Shown: positions 56,874 to 64,000 of the stretch, in pieces
Numbering within the stretch: the first letter of the stretch is position 1
Layout: every line of letters starts with the position of its first letter
From: Promethearchaeota archaeon
GTDB taxonomy: Archaea > Asgardarchaeota > Lokiarchaeia > Sigyniarchaeales > SOKP01
Reading direction: 5' to 3'
Assembly (NCBI GenBank): GCA_030606485.1
Contig: JAUWGH010000002.1
Span: 134,192-198,191 of the forward strand
Length of the DNA stretch: 64,000 nucleotides
The notes under the pieces: model-generated
Told to the model about the DNA's origin: nothing
What the model saw: the letters and a program-made list of their open reading frames with translations, nothing else
Databases searched by the model: none
Translations under genes and position numbers: made by a program

Positions 56874-57641
56874 ATGTTTCTGCCAACTTTAACAGCAATT
56901 TTTATCCAAAAATTTATCCGAAAGGAAAAGATTTTAAATATTAAGGGGTTAAAATTTGGAAGATTCACTTATTATTTAATTGCAATTGTTTTAAGCTTTA
57001 TAATTGTATTTTTAGCATTATTTATTGCTCTCTCCTTTCCTGGAGTAGAGTATGATAAAAACTTAGAGATCTTGCAACAATATGCAGATTTACCAGCATA
57101 TTTATTATCGCTGCCAGACCCCGCCAAGATTTATATTTTAATAAATATTCCCAATGCAATTATTATTGGTGCTACATATAATGCATTTTTTGCATTTGGT
57201 GAAGAGCTAGGTTGGAGAGGATTTATGTTAGATTCATTGTATAAAAAAAAAATTGGATTTTGGAAGGCATCAATTTTAATTGGAATTGTGTGGGGTTTTT
57301 GGCACGCACCTTTAATTTTATTTTTTGGACTTAATTATCCCGAACACCGAATTGAAGGGGTTTTTATGATGGTTGGTTTTACAGTATTACTATCACCAAT
57401 TCTAACGTATTTAACACTAAAGGGTGAATCAGTTTTCATTGCCTCAGTTTTCCACGGAACACTTAATGCAATTGCCGGAATTTCTATAGTCCTAAAAGGT
57501 GGAAATGATTTAGTAAATTCTGTGGCTGGATTATCTGGATTCATTGCTTTAATCATTCTTAACATAATAATGGTAACTATTGATAGGTTTCTCATAAAGA
57601 ATCCAATAATAAAACAAAAAGAGAAGTCTAGTGTAAATTAA
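56874..57641 (+). CDS. CPBP-family intramembrane glutamic protease (CAAX protease/Abi-like)
   Basis: EELGWRGF, FWHAP and HGTLN motifs. The reading frame is open upstream to 56712 and encodes another TM helix (see findings). Confidence 0.8.
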   Translation: MFLPTLTAIFIQKFIRKEKILNIKGLKFGRFTYYLIAIVLSFIIVFLALFIALSFPGVEYDKNLEILQQYADLPAYLLSLPDPAKIYILINIPNAIIIGATYNAFFAFGEELGWRGFMLDSLYKKKIGFWKASILIGIVWGFWHAPLILFFGLNYPEHRIEGVFMMVGFTVLLSPILTYLTLKGESVFIASVFHGTLNAIAGISIVLKGGNDLVNSVAGLSGFIALIILNIIMVTIDRFLIKNPIIKQKEKSSVN

Positions 57642-57706
57642 TTATTCTTTTCAGAAATAATATTGCAAAAAAATTGGAAATAAAATAAGAAAATTAAATT
57701 AGACTC

Positions 57707-59341
57707 TTATTTTTGCTTTTCTATATCTCTTAATTCTCGATGAAGGACTTTTCCGACTATTGTTTTTGGTAATTCTTCAATGAATTCCACGTATCGCGGA
57801 TATTTATCAAAACCCATATTTTCTTTAGCCCAATCAATTATATCTTGCTCAGAAATTTTACCTTTAAATTCTTCCTTTAAAACAACATAAGCTTTTATGT
57901 TTTCATTACCATCATCATCGATAATCCCAATTACACCACATTCTTCAATTACTTCGTTATGATACAATAGATCTTCGACTTCTGCGGGATAAACGGAATG
58001 CCCTTTATATTTTATCAAATTTTTAAGTCTATCTTTTATTACAAAATATCCATCTTCATCCATTAAGGCTAAATCACCTGTCCATAACCACCCATCTTTT
58101 ATCGTATCATTTGTTTCTTTTTCTCTCTTATAGTAACCTTTCATCATTTGTGGACCTCTTACAACCAATTCTCCTACTTCATTAATTCCAAGAGTATTTC
58201 CTTCAGGATCACAAATCTTTATATCAGTGTTAGGTACTGGCATTCCTATTGTATCATTTTTAAATATTCCTTCAAATGGGTTTGCTGTAACAAGAGGAGA
58301 CATTTCTGTTAGCCCATATGCATTACGGAGCTTAGCACCTGTTAATTCTTCGAATCTTTTTCCTATCTCATCTGGAAGTGGACCTGCAGAACTAACACAA
58401 TATTTTATGTAAGATAAATCATGTTTTTCTATTCCTTCATAATTATTTAAATTATTATATAACGCAGCAACACCAGGAAAGAACGTTACTCTCGCACCCT
58501 CAATAACCTCCAATACTTCATGAGATTCCCGAGGATTAAATACACAAGCAAGTTTCCATCCACAATGAATGGCAATATTCATCATAAATCCCATATAAAT
58601 ATGATAAAAAGGCAAAGCGGCAAGTAGAACTTCTTTTCCAAGTTCCTTCTCAGGAAACCATGCTTCTCCTTGAAAGACATTTGCTACTATGCTTCCATGA
58701 GTTAGGATTGCACCTTTTGGATAACCCGTAGTTCCTCCTGTATATTGTAACATGGCAATATCATCTTGAGTTAGTTTAACATCCGGAGGATTTGGCTTAG
58801 TCTCACGAAGTATGTCTTCAAATGTAGGTTCACCACTAGTCGGATATTCAGGCTTTGCCATTGGGTCTGGTGATAAATAAGGACCAAGATTACTAAAAAA
58901 TTTATGTTTGACCCCTGTTTGATCAATAATTGGATTAACTATCGAGTTAAAACCCTCCCAACCAATATAGACTTTAGCTTCACTATCATTTAATTGCCTT
59001 TTAATTTCCAAACTTTTAAATAATGGAGAGATAGTAGTAACAATGGCTCCGATTTTTAAGATACCATAATAATACGCAACAAATGCCGGATTATTAGTAA
59101 AATGTATTGCTACACAATCACCTTTTTTAATACCAAGCTCAGTTAATTTTGTGGCTACGCGAGATACAATATCCCGTAATTGAGTATATGTAAGCTCAAA
59201 ACCCATAAAGTAAGTTACAAAATTATTAGGATAAGTTTTAACTGAATCTTCAAAAAAGTCTACAAGTGTTTTATTTGGAATATTGACTTCTTTAGGAACA
59301 CTTTTAGGCCAATGTTTGTAATATATTTTTTGATCTGACAT
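57707..59341 (-). CDS. AMP-forming acyl-CoA synthetase (long/medium-chain fatty-acid-CoA ligase-like)
   Basis: 544 aa with AMP-binding motif YTGGTTGYPKGA, YGLTE, and C-terminal GWLWTGD...KxxGxxV blocks. Confidence 0.85.
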   Translation of the reverse strand: MSDQKIYYKHWPKSVPKEVNIPNKTLVDFFEDSVKTYPNNFVTYFMGFELTYTQLRDIVSRVATKLTELGIKKGDCVAIHFTNNPAFVAYYYGILKIGAIVTTISPLFKSLEIKRQLNDSEAKVYIGWEGFNSIVNPIIDQTGVKHKFFSNLGPYLSPDPMAKPEYPTSGEPTFEDILRETKPNPPDVKLTQDDIAMLQYTGGTTGYPKGAILTHGSIVANVFQGEAWFPEKELGKEVLLAALPFYHIYMGFMMNIAIHCGWKLACVFNPRESHEVLEVIEGARVTFFPGVAALYNNLNNYEGIEKHDLSYIKYCVSSAGPLPDEIGKRFEELTGAKLRNAYGLTEMSPLVTANPFEGIFKNDTIGMPVPNTDIKICDPEGNTLGINEVGELVVRGPQMMKGYYKREKETNDTIKDGWLWTGDLALMDEDGYFVIKDRLKNLIKYKGHSVYPAEVEDLLYHNEVIEECGVIGIIDDDGNENIKAYVVLKEEFKGKISEQDIIDWAKENMGFDKYPRYVEFIEELPKTIVGKVLHRELRDIEKQK

Positions 59342-59500
59342 AAATTTAGTTTAAATATTATTATATTTAACTTTAATTTTTCCCATAAAAGTAAAACATT
59401 AAGGGGGACTACTTTTATTTATAAAATTCTCAAAGAGCTTAATTCTTAGTATTATTTACAAAAAAATTTGTAAATATATATTTATTTTTAGATGACAATT

Positions 59501-60028
59501 TTATCCAAAATTGTCTAATACTCGCTTGAAAATATCATAAGCGTCTTTAGTGTATAAGCAAAATATTACTTTAAGATTTTGAGTTTCTGATTTAAGATAT
59601 TGGTTAGTGGAAGAAATCATTATTTTTGCGCATTTATCAATTGGATAACCGAAAATTCCTGTAGAGATCGCTGGAAATGCAATTGATTTCAACTTATGCT
59701 TATCCATTAGTTTAAGACTATTTAAAGTGGCATTTTTCAGCTTCTCATCTTCATTTCCTTCTCCCATTCGAGGACCTACAGCATGAATAACAAATCGTGA
59801 TTTCAAGTTTCCACCAGTAGTAATGACTGCAGTGCCAACTCGAGTCCCACCGATTTTATTACATTCTTCTTGAATTGTAGGACCTCCTTTGCGACGTATA
59901 GCTCCAGCAACACCACCACCTAGTATTAATTGAGAATTAGCTGCATTTACTATTGCATCAGTATTACATTCTGTAATATCGCCTTGTTTTAATTCAATAA
60001 CCGAATTTTTTATCTTTAAACTGTCCAT
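59501..60028 (-). CDS. Macro-domain protein (ADP-ribose binding/O-acetyl-ADP-ribose deacetylase-like)
   Basis: 175 aa with GDITECNTDAIVNAAN...GGGVAGAI...FPAISTGIFGYP. Confidence 0.85.
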   Translation of the reverse strand: MDSLKIKNSVIELKQGDITECNTDAIVNAANSQLILGGGVAGAIRRKGGPTIQEECNKIGGTRVGTAVITTGGNLKSRFVIHAVGPRMGEGNEDEKLKNATLNSLKLMDKHKLKSIAFPAISTGIFGYPIDKCAKIMISSTNQYLKSETQNLKVIFCLYTKDAYDIFKRVLDNFG

Positions 60029-60114
60029 ATTTTTATTTATTTTAAATAATATTGATTTTATACTGATTATTAGTTAATCTTCAATTTGGTTTTGAACATA
60101 TCTTGCGAAAATGG

Positions 60115-60846
60115 TTATTTTTCAGAAACGTCGCGAGATTTGCCAAAAACTTCATTAATTTTCTTTTTATCTTCTTCGCTCATACTTTCCATTGCTTCTT
60201 TATTTTGTTTGATTAATTCCATCATTACATCTTTTTGAATAATTTGATGCAATACGGGAATATTAATCCTTATCCTTGTAAGTTCAGTAAACATCAGTTT
60301 GGCAGTTTCTCTCATTTTTTCTAATTCTTCTTTCGTCATACCCTCTTGACCTACTCCGGGGCAATCCACATCAACAATAGAATAATTTTTTCCGTCAAAT
60401 TCCAATGGATAAGTCCTGCAACTGAGCGGTCTATTCTCATAAATTAAACATTCCTTTTTCTCTAGATTATATAAAGGGCATTTTTCATCCAACAATTCTT
60501 CAATTGGAGTAGATGCAAACGGATCTAATGAAGTTGCTTTTTGATCTGCATCATCTTTTGGGATTGGGATTGGTTTAAGTATAAGATCCAAATTTCCAGC
60601 GGGATTCTTATACAGTTCTAAATATGGCATAAAGTTGATCAAAACTCCGTTTCGAGCCCACATTTCTAAATCCCAAAATGTCAGAGGAACAGGACCTCTT
60701 TCAGCGCAACATTTATTACATCTTGTGCAATTAAAAGTAAATTTCGCTTTCTTCTTTTCTTCCTGTTTCACTTCAGTTTCTTTACTTTCATTAGTATTTA
60801 TTTCTTCATTTTCTTCTTTTTTTTCATTATTTAAATCTTCAGACAT
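60115..60846 (-). CDS. YkgJ-type CxxCxxCC zinc/iron-chelating domain protein with acidic/lysine-rich N-terminus
   Basis: 243 aa. CTRCNKCC motif and downstream CPLY...C...C cysteines. Confidence 0.65.
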   Translation of the reverse strand: MSEDLNNEKKEENEEINTNESKETEVKQEEKKKAKFTFNCTRCNKCCAERGPVPLTFWDLEMWARNGVLINFMPYLELYKNPAGNLDLILKPIPIPKDDADQKATSLDPFASTPIEELLDEKCPLYNLEKKECLIYENRPLSCRTYPLEFDGKNYSIVDVDCPGVGQEGMTKEELEKMRETAKLMFTELTRIRINIPVLHQIIQKDVMMELIKQNKEAMESMSEEDKKKINEVFGKSRDVSEK

Positions 60847-60975
60847 TTAGAATAACTCCTCAATTATTATAAATAAGAAAAAATAACATCAAAAAAAAAT
60901 TTTGCCTTTAGATTTATTTTTAAAAATAAATACTATGTTAATTTCAATAAATTAATACTATTTGAGGTTTGTAAA

Positions 60976-62064
60976 ATGAATTTTGAAGAAGATTTTAAAA
61001 TTATAAAAAATCTTACTGAAATCCAAGGATGCTCAGGAAATGAAGGTAAAATAAGAGAATATATTAAAAAAATAATTACACCGTATTGTTCGAAAGTAGA
61101 GATTGATTCTATTGGTAATTTATTTGGTTTCATTAATGGAGAAAAAATAGGAGACACTAAGACAAAATTAAATATCTTATTAGATGCACACGCGGATGAG
61201 ATTGGGTTTATGGTAAGGTTTATTGACAAAAAAGGTTTTATCAGATTTTCCCAAGTAGGTGGCCAAAATCCACGAATTCTTCCTGGGCAAATAGTTACTG
61301 TTCATTCGAGTTCGGGACAAGATATTATTGGAATTATTGGAGAAAAACCGTTACATCTTCTTAAACAAGAAGAAAAAAAAAAAATAAGTAAGATAGAAGA
61401 TCTATTTATAGATATCGGCACTAAAGATGAACAGGAATGTAAAGAATTGGTTTCTGTAGGGGATTACATTACATTCAAGCAAGAGTGTTCAAGATTGATA
61501 AAAAATCAGAGAATCTTTGCAAAATCATTCGACGACCGAGCAGGCTGCTTTGTCCTTATGAAATTAATTATGGAAATTTCTCAGATTTCCGATAAATTAC
61601 CTCATAATTTAATATTTTTATTTTCCAGCCAGGAAGAAATTGGAACAAGAGGGGCAACTGTTGGATCATATAAGATTTCTCCTGATATTGGATTAGCGGT
61701 TGAGGTAAATCACGCAATTGATTTTCCCGGAATTGATAAGGAAAAATATTTTGAATGTTCATTGGGATCCGGAGTAGCAATAAGAGTAGGCCCAAATATG
61801 CATTCAAAATTAAGTAAAACGTTAATTGATCTAGCTAAAAAAGAGAATATTCCTTTTACTTTAAGAGCAGAGCCAAATATAACCCCTACAAATGCACGAG
61901 TAATTCAAATGACTAAATCTGGTGTTCCATGTGCGCTAGTTGGAGTCCCACTAAGATATATGCATACAAATGTAGAAACAATTCAATATTCAGATATAAT
62001 TCATACAGTGAATTTATTGAAATCTTTTCTATTAAATGATCTAACGGGAGTATTAATCTTGTAA
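60976..62064 (+). CDS. M42-family metallo-aminopeptidase (TET/FrvX-like)
   Basis: 362 aa with LLDAHADEIGFMV, FDDRAGC and SSQEEIG motifs. Confidence 0.85.
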   Translation: MNFEEDFKIIKNLTEIQGCSGNEGKIREYIKKIITPYCSKVEIDSIGNLFGFINGEKIGDTKTKLNILLDAHADEIGFMVRFIDKKGFIRFSQVGGQNPRILPGQIVTVHSSSGQDIIGIIGEKPLHLLKQEEKKKISKIEDLFIDIGTKDEQECKELVSVGDYITFKQECSRLIKNQRIFAKSFDDRAGCFVLMKLIMEISQISDKLPHNLIFLFSSQEEIGTRGATVGSYKISPDIGLAVEVNHAIDFPGIDKEKYFECSLGSGVAIRVGPNMHSKLSKTLIDLAKKENIPFTLRAEPNITPTNARVIQMTKSGVPCALVGVPLRYMHTNVETIQYSDIIHTVNLLKSFLLNDLTGVLIL

Positions 62065-63564
62065 AATTCTTGAGATTTCTTGATTAGCTCTTTCATAGGT
62101 TTCTTTTGATATAATTTGGTGCTCATATAAAGTATTAAATAACTCCTTATCAATAACCTCTTTTCTACCATCATTGAACTCAACAACATCGACTTCTAAG
62201 TCTAAATAATGAATTTCCGTAGGCCGAATTTCAATAGGTGTATTAATATTATAATATGCACCCTTAAAGGAATCATTACGATCAAAATATTCGTTCTTAT
62301 AACTCCATTCTCCTTCGATGAAATGAACTAAAGCATAATCTCCTTTTTCAATTGGAATATTTAAACCATCATAATGTCCTCCCGATTTAAATCCCCTTTT
62401 TACCTTGAGTTCGAATGGAGTTTTCTCACTTTTTTCAATTATTTTCCCTGGCGATAAAGATTCAACCTTAAATAAAATTTTTTGATGATTTATTGGAATA
62501 TATATGTCTTTTTGAAAATATTTCTCATGAATAAATTCAATAAATGAAGAATTAATTCTTTGTTCTTCTTCAGGAAATTTTTCCAATAAATATTCATTGA
62601 AATCAATAATCATTTCAAATTTTTGAGATTGAAGGTTAAAGCTTGATTTAAATGAATGATGGTATTGAATAGTTTTACATATTTTACGCCTAAATTCATC
62701 CATTTTTAGTTTTAAATTTCCAGAAAATAAGTAATGAAATGAAATTGTATCTCGATATACAAGTCCAATATCTTGCTTTTGCTTCATTTTTAATTCTATT
62801 GATTTCTTTAATTCTAATATCTCATCAAATTCATCTCGAAGATCTTCCTCATTAGCATGCATAGCAGCAGTCCGAAAAATGATATCAATTCCTGTTAGTT
62901 CAAATGATTTTCCTAAATTAAACAATTTTGATTTAAGATTTGATGATTGAATCTTTTTGCTAAATAAGATTCTTGAATTACCTTTTAATAATAATACAAG
63001 ATAATTTCCACTTAAAGAGTTAAATGGCATTAAAATAGGAGGATTTCTTCCAGAATCTTCCTGAATTACTTGAAAAAAACCTTCGAAATTTTTATCGTAA
63101 TAGGAATAAATAATTCCATAATCTGGTTTATAATCATTTGTTGAGAGAAGTTGATTATCTTTACCGTAATCATTTTCCGTCTTTAAATCTACAATTGAAT
63201 AACCCCGATTTTTATATGTTCTTATAACCTTTCCTTTATATATTGAATTACGTGAATATTTTGAAATGAGAGTAACCAAATCTGGAAAAATTTTTTGATT
63301 TAAAGGCAATTGTGAGATCAATTCTATAGGATATTCAATGTGTTTTTTAAATAAAAAAATATAAACAATTATCCCCTGATTATCATCGCGATCTTGAATA
63401 GTTACTTCCTTTATTTTATTTTCCTTGTCCGGTGTTAAATTAAATCTTCTCTGAATTAGTGGAGATGGATAGATTATATTATATCCCGCGTTTAGAAAAA
63501 GGTCGGTTAAGGCGGTTGAATATATACCACGAAGAAAAACATTTTTCATTTTAATATATCTCAA
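62053..63564 (-). CDS. FAU-1-like RNA-binding protein/probable ribonuclease (RNase E/G-like N-terminus plus DUF402-like C-terminus)
   Basis: The N-terminal VFLRGIYSTALTDLFLNAGYNIIYPS matches the archaeal FAU-1 signature. The likely start is the ATG at 63549. The 3' end overlaps the M42 gene by 12 nt. Confidence 0.65.
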   Translation of the reverse strand: MRYIKMKNVFLRGIYSTALTDLFLNAGYNIIYPSPLIQRRFNLTPDKENKIKEVTIQDRDDNQGIIVYIFLFKKHIEYPIELISQLPLNQKIFPDLVTLISKYSRNSIYKGKVIRTYKNRGYSIVDLKTENDYGKDNQLLSTNDYKPDYGIIYSYYDKNFEGFFQVIQEDSGRNPPILMPFNSLSGNYLVLLLKGNSRILFSKKIQSSNLKSKLFNLGKSFELTGIDIIFRTAAMHANEEDLRDEFDEILELKKSIELKMKQKQDIGLVYRDTISFHYLFSGNLKLKMDEFRRKICKTIQYHHSFKSSFNLQSQKFEMIIDFNEYLLEKFPEEEQRINSSFIEFIHEKYFQKDIYIPINHQKILFKVESLSPGKIIEKSEKTPFELKVKRGFKSGGHYDGLNIPIEKGDYALVHFIEGEWSYKNEYFDRNDSFKGAYYNINTPIEIRPTEIHYLDLEVDVVEFNDGRKEVIDKELFNTLYEHQIISKETYERANQEISRILQD

Positions 63565-63696
63565 AAAGGAAAAATACTTTATTTTATTTACTACATTGAT
63601 TTAAAAAAATTTTTCATTAATAATAAATAAGTTCAAAAACTTTTAATTAGAAAAATAAATCTTAAATAAATTAAATAAAAACAGAATTATTCATTC

Positions 63697-64000
63697 ATGA
63701 AGCCACCAGAAATTGAATTTGAAGGAAAAAAATATATTTTTTCAATAAAATCATTGATTATTTTTGCAATAGGAACTCCATTAATTTCAATTTTAATTTA
63801 TTTTAGTCATGATTGGGTTTGGCTTCATGAAATTGTTATAAAACAAACCGTTTTTTTTATGAACCTTCTGACAGAGATGGGAGCTGAAGCCGTTTATAAC
63901 CCCTATGGGCCTTATTATTGGTATTTTGTGATCCCTGGAAAGCCGAATATTGGCTTCGAGACATTCTGCACAGGGATTCAAGCAATCGCTATATTTGCAG
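63697..64000 (+). CDS. Archaeosortase/exosortase-family membrane protein, N-terminal part (runs off the window)
   Basis: From the ATG at 63697: MKPPEIEFEGKKY..., TM helices, then ...PNIGFETFCTGIQAIAIFA, resembling the conserved V-x-x-x-C-S/T-G-I block of exosortase/archaeosortase proteins. Not in the ORF track because no stop is reached. Confidence 0.5.
   Translation, partial: MKPPEIEFEGKKYIFSIKSLIIFAIGTPLISILIYFSHDWVWLHEIVIKQTVFFMNLLTEMGAEAVYNPYGPYYWYFVIPGKPNIGFETFCTGIQAIAIFA

Noticed and set aside
60933-61229. Minus-strand ORF 60933..61229, and 61568..61807 and 62001..62189
   Set aside because: They overlap the M42 peptidase and FAU-1 genes in antisense or alternative frames, and no recognisable domains were found.
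63793-63981. Minus-strand 62-aa ORF
   Set aside because: It is antisense to the better-supported archaeosortase-like frame starting at 63697.

Overview
Strongly AT-rich archaeal chromosomal segment with about 57 protein genes, one intron-containing tRNA, several decayed gene fragments, and no rRNA or CRISPR array. All family calls come from reading motifs in the supplied translations; no database search was possible. Archaeal hallmarks: Orc1/Cdc6, a XerA-type recombinase, FAU-1, UPF0147, an archaeosortase-like gene and a tRNA intron at a non-canonical position. Two eukaryote-like small GTPases are also present: a Rag/Gtr-like protein with an HKxD G4 box, and a Roadblock-Rab-like fusion. Together these suggest an Asgard (Loki-type) archaeon. 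Ordinary metabolism: hppA, purA, a ppsA-like dikinase, an acyl-CoA synthetase, a TPP enzyme, and a GH38 mannosidase/PfkB kinase/sugar-transporter locus. Loci worth a second look: (1) 42.7-53.0 kb, a heteromeric ABC-2 transporter operon that also encodes a 1620-aa membrane-anchored subtilase fused to a GldG/IFT52 (GIFT)-like module, plus an ABC ATPase with an uncharacterised 235-aa N-terminal domain. (2) 34.8-40.0 kb, a glycyl-radical enzyme (GCxE eliminase-type Cys loop) and its activase, separated by a tandem split-barrel (PNPOx-like) protein and an SCP2-like protein. (3) 4.6-11.4 kb, two uninterrupted (non-pyrrolysine) MttB-family methyltransferases, a corrinoid protein and a MetH/BHMT-type zinc thiol methyltransferase. 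(4) A translationally coupled pair of coiled-coil/winged-helix paralogs at 0.3-1.8 kb. Smaller observations: a tRNA-Pro(CGG) with a 31-nt intron between the D-arm and anticodon stem, four pseudogene fragments (two with intact paralogs in this window), a CGAAA/TCGA-core motif array in a 520-bp spacer, and an in-frame TAG at codon 3 of a CPBP protease gene.
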